Origin: Alphaproteobacteria bacterium
GTDB taxonomy: Bacteria > Pseudomonadota > Alphaproteobacteria > GCA-2731375
Assembly (NCBI GenBank): GCA_965232515.1
Contig: CBDDPY010000002.1
Span: forward strand, 4,896,001 to 4,960,000
Length of the DNA stretch: 64,000 nucleotides
Direction of reading: 5' to 3'
Shown: piece after piece, positions 30,680 through 40,360 of the stretch
Layout: every line of letters starts with the position of its first letter
How positions within the stretch are numbered: the first letter of the stretch is position 1
The notes under the pieces: generated by a model
The model's input: only the letters and a program-made list of their open reading frames with translations
What the model was told of the DNA's origin: nothing
Databases searched by the model: none
Made by a program: the position numbers and the translations under genes

Positions 30680-31472
30680 GGCGCCGAAGCAAGCGACGCC
30701 GGTCGGCTTTCGCGGCGGCGGCTTCAACCCGCGGCCGAAGCGCTGGGCGCCCTGGCTCGCCTTCGCCCTCATCATCGCCGCCTGGCAGGGCGCGTCGTCG
30801 GCCGGCCTGCTGCCCGACCTGTTCATGCCCAGTCCGGCGCAGATCGTGTTGGCGCTTTACGGCCTGACGGTCAGCGGCGCCATCGTCGACCACGTCACCG
30901 CCAGCGTCAGCCGCATCGCTTTCGGCTGGGCCATCGGCGCCGCCGCCGGGCTTGCCGTCGGCTTCGCCATGGGCATCTGGTCGCTCGCCCGTTCGGTCGG
31001 CATCCCGGTGGTTTCGGCCCTCTTCCCGATCCCGAAGATCGCGCTGCTGCCGCTGCTGATCCTCTGGTTCGGCATCGGCGAGCCGTCGAAGGTCGCGACC
31101 ATCGCGCTCGGCGTGTTCTTTCCGACGGTGATCAGCGCCTATGCCGCCGTCGACGGCGTGCCGCGCAACCTGATCCGCATGGCCCAGAGCTTCAACGTGC
31201 CGGCCGTCGATATCGTGCGCAAGATCATCCTGCCGGGCGCCATGCCGGGCATCCTGTCGGGCTTCCGCATCTCCTCGTCGATCGCCCTGATCCTGGTGGT
31301 CGCGGCCGAGATGATCGGCGCCGAGTTCGGCATCGGCGCCTTTATCCTCGCCGCCGGCAACCTGATGCAGACCGATCAGCTCGTCGCCGGCGTCGTGCTG
31401 CTATCCTTGCTGGGGCTGACGGTAAGCTTTCTCTTGGGACGGTTGGAGGCATGGCTGCTGAAGTGGCGTTGA
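30672..31472 (+). CDS. NitT/TauT ABC permease
   Basis: PIPKIALLPLLILWFGIGE and LVVAAEMIGA motifs. Confidence 0.92.
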   Translation: MSEAPKQATPVGFRGGGFNPRPKRWAPWLAFALIIAAWQGASSAGLLPDLFMPSPAQIVLALYGLTVSGAIVDHVTASVSRIAFGWAIGAAAGLAVGFAMGIWSLARSVGIPVVSALFPIPKIALLPLLILWFGIGEPSKVATIALGVFFPTVISAYAAVDGVPRNLIRMAQSFNVPAVDIVRKIILPGAMPGILSGFRISSSIALILVVAAEMIGAEFGIGAFILAAGNLMQTDQLVAGVVLLSLLGLTVSFLLGRLEAWLLKWR

Positions 31473-32758
31473 CGACGCAAACGCAAACGGTCCGGCGCGA
31501 GGGATCGACCGCCTGGCAGGTTGATGGCGATGTCTGCGTCGTCGGCGCCGGCATCGCCGGCATCTCGGCCGCGATCGAAGCGGCGCGGCTTGGCCGCCGC
31601 GTCGTGCTGATCGATGGCCAGCCGACGCTGGGCGGCCAGTCCGTGCATGCCCTGATCGGCACCTTCTGCGGCCTGTTCTCGAACGGACCAAATCCCTATC
31701 AGGTCACGCACGGCATCGCCGATGAGATCCTGCGCGACCTCGACGCCGAAGGCGCGCTGCATTTCATGTACGGCCGCCGCAACACCTGCATCGTGCAGTA
31801 TGACGAGGTCGCGCTCAGCCGCTGGATCGAGCGTACGGTCGCGGCCGAGCCGAACATCACGCCACTCACCGGCGCGGTGCTGCGTCAGGTCCGGCGCGAG
31901 GATCGCCGCCTGACCGGCCTCGCGCTCGCGACCCGCTATGGCGACGTTGACGTCGCCGCCACCGGTTTCATTGACGCCTCGGGCGATGCGGCGCTGGCCT
32001 GGCAGGCGGGCCTCGAGTGCCGGACGCCGGCCGACGGCCCGATCTACGGCACCCAGATGATCGTGCTCGAGGGCGTCGACGAGACCGCGCCACTGACCCG
32101 CGCCGATGTCGAGGCGCGGCTCGCCGACAAGGCCGATGGCTACGGCCTGACGCGGCGCGACGGCTTCGTCTTCGTCATTCCCGGCAAGGGCCGGGCGCTC
32201 GTCAACATGACCCATCTCGAAACCCCGCTCGACCCCGTGGCGGCGTCGCGGCAGGCCATCGCCGGTCGGGCCGAGGCCGACCGCCTGCTGACGTTCCTGC
32301 GTGCGGAATTCCCCGAGGCGCTTGGGCGTGCCAGCATCCGCAGTTACGGTCAGCTCGGCGTGCGCCAGACCCGATGGATCGCCGGCCGCCACCATCTGAC
32401 CATCGACGAGGTCCGGGCCGGCACGCGGTTCGACGACGCCATCCTGCGCTGTTCCTGGCCGATCGAGCTGCACGACCGCGCCGAGGGCGCCTATTGGGAG
32501 GAGTTCGGCGACGATCACCTGCACCATGTGCCGCTGCGCAGCCTGACCCATGACGGCGCCGACAACCTGTTGGCCGCCGGCCGCTGCATCGACGCCGACG
32601 TCGCCGCGCTCTCGACCGTCCGCGTCATGGGGCCCTGCATCGCCATGGGCGCGGCCGCGGCGCACGCGCTCGACCTCGCCGGCGCCGGCTCGGTGCACCA
32701 GATCGACATCGCGGCCCTGACCGCGCGCCTCGCCGACAATCTCGACCGCACGGACTGA
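31469..32758 (+). CDS. FAD-dependent oxidoreductase (FAD_oxidored family)
   Basis: VVGAGIAG, IDASGDA, NLLAAGRCI and RVMGPCIAMG motifs; probable TTG start overlapping the permease stop (alternative ATG 31451). Confidence 0.87.
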   Translation: MTTQTQTVRREGSTAWQVDGDVCVVGAGIAGISAAIEAARLGRRVVLIDGQPTLGGQSVHALIGTFCGLFSNGPNPYQVTHGIADEILRDLDAEGALHFMYGRRNTCIVQYDEVALSRWIERTVAAEPNITPLTGAVLRQVRREDRRLTGLALATRYGDVDVAATGFIDASGDAALAWQAGLECRTPADGPIYGTQMIVLEGVDETAPLTRADVEARLADKADGYGLTRRDGFVFVIPGKGRALVNMTHLETPLDPVAASRQAIAGRAEADRLLTFLRAEFPEALGRASIRSYGQLGVRQTRWIAGRHHLTIDEVRAGTRFDDAILRCSWPIELHDRAEGAYWEEFGDDHLHHVPLRSLTHDGADNLLAAGRCIDADVAALSTVRVMGPCIAMGAAAAHALDLAGAGSVHQIDIAALTARLADNLDRTD

Positions 32759-32784
32759 GCGGGATAGTCTGAGGAAGATTTTTG

Positions 32785-32810
32785 CGTCCTTTTCGCACGA
32801 CGTGCGTCTA
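32785..32810 (+). promoter_or_regulatory. Putative ECF-sigma promoter upstream of the arsI-like/sigZ-like pair
   Basis: CGTCCTTTT...CGTCTA about 35 bp upstream of the VOC start; CGTC-type -10 element typical of ECF promoters. Confidence 0.5.
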
Positions 32811-32844
32811 ACCGGGTGACTGAAACCTGGAAAGGAGTGACGCC

Positions 32845-33282
32845 ATGCGCCTTCAGCTTGCCCTGAACGTGCGGGACATCGACGAAGCCGTCGATTATTA
32901 CGCCAAGCTGTTCGACACGCCGCCGCACAAGCGCCGGCCCGGCTATGCCAATTTCGCCATCGACATGCCGCCGTTGAAGCTGGCGTTGTTCGAGAACCCC
33001 AACGCCGCCGAACGACTGAACCACCTCGGCGTCGAGGTGTTCGAGCCGTCGGAGGTCGACGCGGCCGCGAACCGGTTCGAGGACGCGGGCATTCTCGACA
33101 AGATCGAGCAGGATGAGACCTGCTGTCACGCGACCCAAGACAAGGTCTGGTCGCGCGAGGCGCAGGGCCTGCGCTGGGAATGGTACCGCATCACCGACGA
33201 CGAACCGGTCGACGACCGGATGGCCGGCAGCGACGGCTGTTGCGCCGGACCGTCGGCCGAGCAGCGGACCTGCTGCGCCTGA
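32845..33282 (+). CDS. ArsI/CadI-family heavy-metal/metalloid VOC metalloenzyme
   Basis: QLALNV, RPGYANF, LNHLGVEV, vicinal-Cys ETCCHATQDKVW and WEWY motifs; extra CC pairs at the C-terminus; AAAGGAG RBS. Confidence 0.88.
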   Translation: MRLQLALNVRDIDEAVDYYAKLFDTPPHKRRPGYANFAIDMPPLKLALFENPNAAERLNHLGVEVFEPSEVDAAANRFEDAGILDKIEQDETCCHATQDKVWSREAQGLRWEWYRITDDEPVDDRMAGSDGCCAGPSAEQRTCCA

Positions 33283-33307
33283 GCGGTTCGACCATGCGAC
33301 CCGAACC

Positions 33308-33904
33308 ATGACCCTGACCGACGACGCGATGATCCACGTCGAGACCCGGCTGCGCGCCTATCTGCGCCGCCGGGTCGAGCCGTCTGCCGTGGGTGATCTG
33401 CTGGGCGACGTGCTGCTGCGCATGGTCCAGCACCGCGACGATCTCGAGGCGGCGAAGAACCCTTGGGGCTGGCTCTATCGCGTCGCGGCCAACACCGTCA
33501 TCGACCATTATCGCCGCCGTGCCGCCGAACGCCGGGCGTTGGGCCAGGTGGATCCCGAGCTGTCAACGACGGCGGCGGATGCTATCGGCAAAGAGGCCGT
33601 CGCCGCCGACGAACTCTCCGACTGTCTCGTGCCGATGATTCGCACGCTGCCGTCGCGGTATGCCGAGGCGCTGCTGCTCACGGACATCGAGGGATTGACC
33701 CAGGCCACGGCGGCCGAGCGTCTCGGCCTGTCCTTGTCCGGCATGAAATCGCGCGTGCAACGGGGCCGCCGGCTGCTGAAACAGACGCTCCTGCGCTGCT
33801 GCGAGGTCGAACTCGACCGGCGAGGCGGGGTCGTTGACTATCGCCCGCGCAGGCAACAGCGGGATGCCACCGAAAAGCGTACCCCTAACTGTGGCTGTAC
33901 CTGA
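33308..33904 (+). CDS. ECF RNA polymerase sigma factor, SigZ-like
   Basis: WLYRVAANTVIDHYRR region 2; LSGMKSRVQRGR region 4; C-terminal CC..ELDRRG motif and CGC tail. Confidence 0.85.
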   Translation: MTLTDDAMIHVETRLRAYLRRRVEPSAVGDLLGDVLLRMVQHRDDLEAAKNPWGWLYRVAANTVIDHYRRRAAERRALGQVDPELSTTAADAIGKEAVAADELSDCLVPMIRTLPSRYAEALLLTDIEGLTQATAAERLGLSLSGMKSRVQRGRRLLKQTLLRCCEVELDRRGGVVDYRPRRQQRDATEKRTPNCGCT

Positions 33905-33918
33905 TTCGCCGGCGTCGG

Positions 33919-34497
33919 TTAACGCAGGAAGGTCGGCAGGGCGACGTCGGCAAGGCCGCTCGCGGCTTCTTCCAGCGCGTGCAGGTCGGCCCAGTCGTAG
34001 CGCACGACCGGCAGGCGCGACGAATCCACCAGCGAGATGTCGCGCGCGCCGAGCTCGCCGCCAAGCCGCTCGTAGAACGCCCGTGCGCCGTGGTTGGCGT
34101 ACAGCACCCAGACACAGCCCTGACCATAGCCGTCGGCCAGCAGCTGCTCGGCGCAGGCCGCCATCAGCCGCCGCCCCAGGCCCTGCCGCTCGAAGCTCGG
34201 CAACAGGTAGAGCGTATAGATCTCGCCCCGGCTCGACCGTCGGCGCGACGGGCCGCAGGTGGCGAAGCCGACGATGCCGGACTCCTGATCGCCGATCACG
34301 AAGATCCGCTGGCCCTCGCCGCGCGCCAGCGTGCGCCGCCAGTGCACGGTCTCGCGCACGACGTTCATGGCCTGCAGTGTCTCGGTGGGAATGATGCCGC
34401 GATAGGCGCGCTGCCAGCTTTTCACATAGACCCGGGCAATGCCCACCGCGTCCGAAAAAGAGGCCGTGCGAAGCGCGAATGTCGTTGCGTTACTCAT
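33919..34497 (-). CDS. GNAT family N-acetyltransferase
   Basis: GEIYTLYLLP, RQGLGRRL and N..ARAFYERLGG motifs. Confidence 0.87.
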   Translation of the reverse strand: MSNATTFALRTASFSDAVGIARVYVKSWQRAYRGIIPTETLQAMNVVRETVHWRRTLARGEGQRIFVIGDQESGIVGFATCGPSRRRSSRGEIYTLYLLPSFERQGLGRRLMAACAEQLLADGYGQGCVWVLYANHGARAFYERLGGELGARDISLVDSSRLPVVRYDWADLHALEEAASGLADVALPTFLR

Positions 34498-34721
34498 ACG
34501 ATCGCCGATGCTGTTCGCGGTACCGCGCGTTAACGTCTTGGTAACCGGATCATAGCCGGGATTGCCCGCCCGTGCACGCCGGCATTCGCCCATTAACCCT
34601 GAATGCTTATCGGATCGGCCGAAGCGCACTATCATGCGCCTCAACGACAGCAAAGGGTCAAGTCCCGGCCCGCATGGCCGATGGTAAACCGCAACCCAAG
34701 AAATGGACGGGGTCCACATCC

Positions 34722-35438
34722 GTGAGCCAATCAGAAATTCCGCTCGGCAATATCGAAATCCTCGCCTCCCTGACGCCCGAGCAACTGCGCGACCTGGAGA
34801 AGCGCTGCCGCTGGCGGCGCTACGACGCCAGCGATCAGATCCTCGACCAGGACGATCAGAACCGCGATGTCTATTTCGTGGTCTCTGGCGACGTGCGCAT
34901 CGTCAACTATTCGCTGACCGGGCGCGAGGTGGCGCTGGCCCGGGTTGGCGCCGGCGGTTTCTTCGGCGAGCTCTCGGCCATCGACGAACGGCCGCGGTCC
35001 GCCAGCGCCGTCGCGCTCAGCAAATGTCAGCTCGCCTCGCTGTCGCCGATCGCCTTCAACGATCTGGTCATGCGTCATGCCGAGATCGCCGCCCGGGTGA
35101 TGCGGCAGCTGGCGGCCGTCGTGCGGTCGTGCGACGAGCGGATCATGGATCTGTCGACGCTCAGCGCCATGCAGCGGGTTTACATGGACCTGCTGCGCCG
35201 CTGCGAGGAGATCATGCCGAATTCGGGCATCTGGGCGGTGCGCAAGCTGCCGACGCAACAGACCATCGCCAACCGTGCCAGCACCTCGCGCGAAACCGTG
35301 GCCCGGGCCATGAGCCAGATCACCAGCGGCGGCATCGTCGAACGCAAGGACCGCATCCTCTATATCCGCGACCGCCCGCGCCTGGAGCAGCTCGCCCAGG
35401 CGCTGGAAGTCGAAGGCGACGAATCCACCGTGCGCTGA
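34722..35438 (+). CDS. Crp/Fnr family transcriptional regulator
   Basis: FFGELSAID..PRSASA cNMP pocket and TSRETVAR HTH; start uncertain (GTG 34722 or ATG 34674). Confidence 0.88.
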   Translation: MSQSEIPLGNIEILASLTPEQLRDLEKRCRWRRYDASDQILDQDDQNRDVYFVVSGDVRIVNYSLTGREVALARVGAGGFFGELSAIDERPRSASAVALSKCQLASLSPIAFNDLVMRHAEIAARVMRQLAAVVRSCDERIMDLSTLSAMQRVYMDLLRRCEEIMPNSGIWAVRKLPTQQTIANRASTSRETVARAMSQITSGGIVERKDRILYIRDRPRLEQLAQALEVEGDESTVR

Positions 35439-35465
35439 AGCGAAAAGAAGGCCGTCCTGATATCG

Positions 35466-35570
35466 CATGCTTTGAGACGGCCCCTACGGGGCCTCCTCAG
35501 CATGAGGTCTTGAATCGATATCAAGTAAGAACCTCACCCTGAGGAGCGCCGAAGGCGCGTCACGAAGGGT
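35466..35570. repeat. REP-like bipartite palindrome (CCTCAYCCTGAGGAG...CTCGAAG family)
   Basis: catgctttgagacg...cctcctcagcatgagg and cctcaccctgaggagcgccgaaggcgcgtcacgaagg are inverted, related halves between convergent genes. Confidence 0.75.
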
Positions 35571-35599
35571 CGGCGATCGCTGCCCGACGTCGACTGTCG

Positions 35600-36082
35600 C
35601 TATTCTTCGGCGAGGCCGGCGAGGATGCGAAGGTCGTCGACGAAGCGGGCCCGGCGCTCGGCCGGCAGCGGCGCCAGGATGCGCGCCTGCGCCCGCGCGA
35701 CTCCCGGCAGCGCCGCCATCAACGCCGCCCGTCCTTCCACCGTCAGCATGACGGCGTTGGCCCGGCCGTCGCCGCCGGCGCGGGTCCGCGACAGCAGGCC
35801 GCGGTCGACCAGCCGGCCCAGCATCTCGGCCACCGTCGAACGGTCGATACCGCTCAGCCGCACCAGCTCGGCCTGGCTCAAGCCCTCGTTCATGGCGATC
35901 ACGTAGAGCAACGCGAACTGCCGCGGCCGCAGGCCATCGGCGCCGACCTCCTGCACGAAGGCCTCGACGGCCAGCTGCTGACAGCGCCGCAGCAGATGTC
36001 CCGGCGCGTCATGCAGCGCGAAGTCCCGCAGCACCGCCTGATCGTCGTCGGCGTTTGCGTCGCGCGTTTCGGTGTCGGCCAT
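35600..36082 (-). CDS. MarR family transcriptional regulator
   Basis: PGHLLRR, GIDRSTVAEMLGRL, DGRAN..LT.EG. Confidence 0.9.
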   Translation of the reverse strand: MADTETRDANADDDQAVLRDFALHDAPGHLLRRCQQLAVEAFVQEVGADGLRPRQFALLYVIAMNEGLSQAELVRLSGIDRSTVAEMLGRLVDRGLLSRTRAGGDGRANAVMLTVEGRAALMAALPGVARAQARILAPLPAERRARFVDDLRILAGLAEE

Positions 36083-36207
36083 GTCTATTGGATAGCAGGC
36101 GACTGACGGACTGTCAGCCGGCAATCCGTGTACGGAGCAAGCGCGTCGTTTCCCCGGCGATAGGGACGACGTAGGCTGTCCGCACCGAACCGACAGGAGC
36201 CGATGGT

Positions 36208-36831
36208 ATGGATTGGACGACGTACGGGTTCTTTCTCGCGACCTCGTTGCTGGTCGGTGCCGCGCCGGGACCGACGACCCTCCTGGTGTTGTCGCATGCG
36301 CTCGGCCGCGATCCCCGGCGGCCGGCGGCGTTGATCGCCGGTGCATTCTGCGGAAATGTCGTCTTGGTATTGGTGACGGTATTGGGCCTGAGCGCCCTCA
36401 TCGTCGCGTCGCAAACCGGGTTCGAGCTGTTGCGCTGGCTCGGCGCGGGCTATCTGATCTATCTCGGCTGGCGCTACTGGCGCGCGCCGGCGGCGCCCGT
36501 CGCTGCGCCCGGCGCGGCGGCAGCGACGGCTTACGGCGCGCTGGCGCTGCAGGCCGCCATGACCTCGATGACCAATCCCAAGGGACTGGTGTTCTATCTC
36601 GCCTTCCTGCCCCAATTCGTGACGCCGGGCGCCGGCGCCGGCTGGCAGCTCGGCCTGCTGGGCGCGAGCTATGTCGGCGTGTTCGTGGCCGTCTTGATCG
36701 CCTATGCCCTGGCTGGCCGGCGGCTCGCGCATCTCTTCGCCACGCCGCGCGCTGTGCGCGTTAAGAACCGGCTGACCGGCACGTTCCTGATCGGCGCGGG
36801 TCTCTCGCTGTTGCGCTACGAGCGCGTTTGA
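36208..36831 (+). CDS. LysE/RhtB family translocator
   Basis: PGP N-terminal motif, GAGYLIYLG, TNPKG..FYLAFLPQF. Confidence 0.92.
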   Translation: MDWTTYGFFLATSLLVGAAPGPTTLLVLSHALGRDPRRPAALIAGAFCGNVVLVLVTVLGLSALIVASQTGFELLRWLGAGYLIYLGWRYWRAPAAPVAAPGAAAATAYGALALQAAMTSMTNPKGLVFYLAFLPQFVTPGAGAGWQLGLLGASYVGVFVAVLIAYALAGRRLAHLFATPRAVRVKNRLTGTFLIGAGLSLLRYERV

Positions 36832-36983
36832 TGGGTCAAGCCCGGCCCTGTGGCCGGTAGAATGACGTGATGCTGGCGTGCTTCCCTAAATCGTGCCACC
36901 ATCCTCGCAAAGAACCAGAACAATAATAATTTCCGGCGGGAAAGTAATTTTCGCCATCCCGCTGGAAAAGCAAGGGGGTGAAA

Positions 36984-37418
36984 ATGCCGGATACTTTACT
37001 CGTCGGTGTCGACGGCAGCGATGGCGGCGCCCGCGCCGCGAAATTCGCCGCGTCGTGCGCGCGCGAAAGCGGTGCGCGACTTGTCGTCGCCTATGTGATC
37101 GAGTGGTCGCCTTACACGTTTAATACCCCGGAAGAGAACGAGGTCCGCCACAAGCGGCGCGAGGAGGAGATCAGCCGCGCCCAGTCGGAGGTCCTGCAGC
37201 CGATCCTCGACGTGCTGAACGAGAACGGCGAGATCGCCGAGGGCGCTGTCCAGCACGGCCATGCCGCCGAGGTCCTGAGCCGGCTGGCGGCCGAGCACAA
37301 GGCCAGCCAGATCTTCATTGGCCGGCGCGGTCTGTCGAAGCTGCAGGCGCTGCTGTTCGGCAGCACCGCCGGCAGCCTGGTGCAGATCTCGCCCGTCCCC
37401 GTCACGGTTATTCCTTGA
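36984..37418 (+). CDS. Universal stress protein
   Basis: LVGVDGS and IGRRG...LFGSTA...SPVPVTVIP USP motifs. Confidence 0.9.
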   Translation: MPDTLLVGVDGSDGGARAAKFAASCARESGARLVVAYVIEWSPYTFNTPEENEVRHKRREEEISRAQSEVLQPILDVLNENGEIAEGAVQHGHAAEVLSRLAAEHKASQIFIGRRGLSKLQALLFGSTAGSLVQISPVPVTVIP

Positions 37419-37492
37419 GACGGCGGCACGGCCGGAACCGGTCGGCGGCGTTCGGTGCCTCGGCCTGAAACGAAAATCTTCGGGAGGCTTCC

Positions 37493-39022
37493 ATGGTTAG
37501 GTTCTTTATCTGGCTGACGGCGATGCTTTGGGCTCCGGCCGCCTGGGCGCAGGAGGCGGGCGGCATCGACGAGACCATCAACACCTATGTCGCGCCGGTC
37601 TCGAACGCCATCGTCAGCGTGGTCTTCTATTCCGTGCCGGTGCTGGGCGCCGACCTGCCGCTGATCGTGGTCTGGCTGGTCGTGGCGGCGGCGATCGCCA
37701 CGTTCTATTTCAATTTCATCAGCTTCCGCGCCTTCGGTCACGCCATCGACCTGATCAAGGGCGATTACGCCAATCCCAAGGACGCGGGCGAGGTCTCGCA
37801 TTTCCAGGCGCTGGCGACGGCGCTGTCGGGCACCGTGGGCCTCGGCAACATCGCCGGCGTCGCCATCGCCGTCTCCATCGGCGGACCCGGCGCCACCTTC
37901 TGGATGATTCTTGCCGGCCTGCTCGGCATGTCGCTGAAGTTCGCCGAGTGCACGCTCGGCGTGAAGTACCGCAACGAGTACGCCGACGGCACGGTTTCGG
38001 GCGGCCCGATGTACTATCTCAGCAAGGGCCTCGCCGAAAAGAACATGGGCGGTCTCGGCAAGGTGCTGGCCGTGTTCTTCGCGGTCTGCTGCATCGCCGG
38101 CTCACTCGGCGGCGGCAACATGTTCCAGGCCAACCAGTCGTTCCAGCAGTTCGTCAACGTCACCGGCGGCGAGGCCAGCTTCATGGCCGACAAGGGCTGG
38201 CTGTTCGGCCTCGTCATCGCCGTCATCGTCGGCGCCGTGATCATCGGCGGCATCAAGTCGATCGCGCGGGTGACCGAGAAGGTCGTGCCGTTCATGGCGG
38301 TCGTCTATTGCACCGCCGCCGTCGTTATCATCGTCGCGCACATCGACCAGGTGCCGGCCGCCGTGACCGCCATCGTCGTCGGCGCCTTCAGTCCCGAGGG
38401 CGTGGCCGGCGGCGCCATCGGCGCGCTGATACAGGGCTTCAAGCGGGCCGCCTTCTCGAACGAGGCCGGCGTCGGTTCGGCCTCGATCGCGCATTCCGCC
38501 GTGCGCACCAAGGAACCGGTGACCGAGGGCCTGGTCGCGCTGCACGAGCCGTTTATCGACACCGTCGTGATCTGCACCATGACCGCATTGGTCATCGTCA
38601 TCACCGGCACCTACACGGCCGGCGGCGGCATGAGCGGTGTCGAGCTCACCTCCAGCGCCTTCGAGAGCGTGTTCTCCTGGTTCCCCTACGTGCTGGCGCT
38701 GGCGGTCATTCTGTTCGCCTTCTCGACCATGCTGTCCTGGTCTTACTACGGCGCCAAGTGCTGGACCTATCTGTTTGGCGAGAACCGCACCATGGATCTG
38801 GTGTTCAAGCTGATCTTCTGCGTTTTCGTGGTGATCGGCTCGTCGATGAATCTCGGTCCGGTCGTGGATTTCTCGGATTCCGCCATCTTCGCCATGGCCG
38901 TCGCCAACATCGTCGGCCTTTACCTGCTGTTCCCGGTGGTGAAGCGGGAACTGGACTCCTACTGGAGCCGGCTCAAGAGCGGCGAGATCCAGAAATACGC
39001 CATCGACCACGTCGGCACCTGA
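37493..39022 (+). CDS. Alanine/glycine:cation symporter (AGCS/AlsT family)
   Basis: [37 protein letters not shown] motifs. Confidence 0.95.
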   Translation: MVRFFIWLTAMLWAPAAWAQEAGGIDETINTYVAPVSNAIVSVVFYSVPVLGADLPLIVVWLVVAAAIATFYFNFISFRAFGHAIDLIKGDYANPKDAGEVSHFQALATALSGTVGLGNIAGVAIAVSIGGPGATFWMILAGLLGMSLKFAECTLGVKYRNEYADGTVSGGPMYYLSKGLAEKNMGGLGKVLAVFFAVCCIAGSLGGGNMFQANQSFQQFVNVTGGEASFMADKGWLFGLVIAVIVGAVIIGGIKSIARVTEKVVPFMAVVYCTAAVVIIVAHIDQVPAAVTAIVVGAFSPEGVAGGAIGALIQGFKRAAFSNEAGVGSASIAHSAVRTKEPVTEGLVALHEPFIDTVVICTMTALVIVITGTYTAGGGMSGVELTSSAFESVFSWFPYVLALAVILFAFSTMLSWSYYGAKCWTYLFGENRTMDLVFKLIFCVFVVIGSSMNLGPVVDFSDSAIFAMAVANIVGLYLLFPVVKRELDSYWSRLKSGEIQKYAIDHVGT

Positions 39023-39032
39023 TCGACACCTT

Positions 39033-39072
39033 GCCCGGCGATCCCCCTGGGGATCGCCGGGCTTGAATTTTT
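39033..39072 (+). terminator. Probable intrinsic terminator after the symporter
   Basis: gcccggcgatcccc / ggggatcgccgggc stem followed by ttgaattttt. Confidence 0.6.
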
Positions 39073-39158
39073 CGCGCCGCGGCTTAGCTGATAGCGACCG
39101 CCGCGGACGAAGGCGCCGTTGCCTGCCGCGCCATCCGCGGGGGCAAGCGAGGTCCCCC

Positions 39159-40148
39159 ATGACCGTGCATTTTCTCTCTGCCGCCTTCGAACCCGAGCGC
39201 GCCGCCGCGACAGACAGCCCGGCGAGCGACGACGTGCTGCTCGACGCCTATTCCAACGCCGTGGTCCGCGTCGCCGAGACCATGGGGCCGAGCGTCGTTG
39301 CCGTGCGCAAATCCGGCGCCTGTGGCGGCCAGGGCAGCGCCGGTTCCGGCGTCGTCATCGCGCCCGACGGCTATGTGCTGACCAACCAGCACGTCGCCGG
39401 CGACGGCAAAGGTCTCAGCGTTGCGTTGAGCGATGGCCGCGAGTTCGACGCGCGCTATGTCGGCGGCGACCCGGATACCGATTTGGCCGTGCTGCAACTA
39501 CCGGTCTCGGGCCTGACCGCCGCCACATTCGGAGACTCGGACCGCCTGCGCCCGGGCCAGCTCGTCGTCGCCATCGGCAATCCGTTGGGCCTGGAGGCGA
39601 CCGTCACCGCGGGCGTCGTCAGCGCGCTGCGCCGCACGCTGCGCAGCCGTTCCGGCCGGCTGATCGAAGACGTGATCCAGACCGACGCCGCGCTCAATCC
39701 CGGCAACAGCGGCGGTGCGCTCGCCGACTCCGCCGGAAACCTGGTCGGCATCAACACCGCGGTGATCGCCGGCGCCCAGGGCATCTGTTTCGCCGTGCCG
39801 GTCAACACGGCGGCCTGGATCACGCCCGAGATCCTGCGTCACGGCCGCGTCGTGCGCGGCCATCTCGGCATCGCCGGTCAGAGCCGGCCGCTGCCGCCAG
39901 CGCTCGCCGCGCGCTTCGACCTGCCGGCGCCGTCCGGCGTCCAGGTCATGAAGGTCGTCGACGGTCCGGCGCGCGACGCCGGCATGCGCGAGGGCGACGT
40001 GATCCTCACAATCGATGGTCTGCCGACGCCGTCCGTCGACGCCATCCATCGCCAGCTGACTCGTGCCACTGCCGGCCGACCGCTCGACTGCCTGATGCTG
40101 CGCCACGGCCAGGAACATCGCCTCGCCGTCACGCCCGTGCTGCGCTAG
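39159..40148 (+). CDS. HtrA/DegP-like trypsin serine protease with PDZ domain
   Basis: TNQHV, TDLAVL and IQTDAALNPGNSGG catalytic triad; C-terminal PDZ; no evident signal peptide. Confidence 0.9.
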   Translation: MTVHFLSAAFEPERAAATDSPASDDVLLDAYSNAVVRVAETMGPSVVAVRKSGACGGQGSAGSGVVIAPDGYVLTNQHVAGDGKGLSVALSDGREFDARYVGGDPDTDLAVLQLPVSGLTAATFGDSDRLRPGQLVVAIGNPLGLEATVTAGVVSALRRTLRSRSGRLIEDVIQTDAALNPGNSGGALADSAGNLVGINTAVIAGAQGICFAVPVNTAAWITPEILRHGRVVRGHLGIAGQSRPLPPALAARFDLPAPSGVQVMKVVDGPARDAGMREGDVILTIDGLPTPSVDAIHRQLTRATAGRPLDCLMLRHGQEHRLAVTPVLR

Positions 40149-40360
40149 CTCTGCGCTGTTGCAGAGAGAATCCAGGCCGGGATGCCTGCCTCCCGGCTCC
40201 GGAATGCCAGACGGGCCGCCGGCGCCGGCCGCGCGGGCTGAAACCTGGCGTTGATTTCGGTGGGCGAAAAAGCTTGCCTCATCCGTTCGTCTGGCGATGC
40301 TGGCGGGGACCCGAGACGGCGACCCGCGCGCCGTTCCGCGCCAACGGTAGTGGAGAAATC

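Noticed and set aside
36832-37492. Glycine riboswitch upstream of the AGCS symporter
   Set aside because: No recognisable tandem aptamer motifs (GGAGA...CCGAAG...CTCTCAGG).
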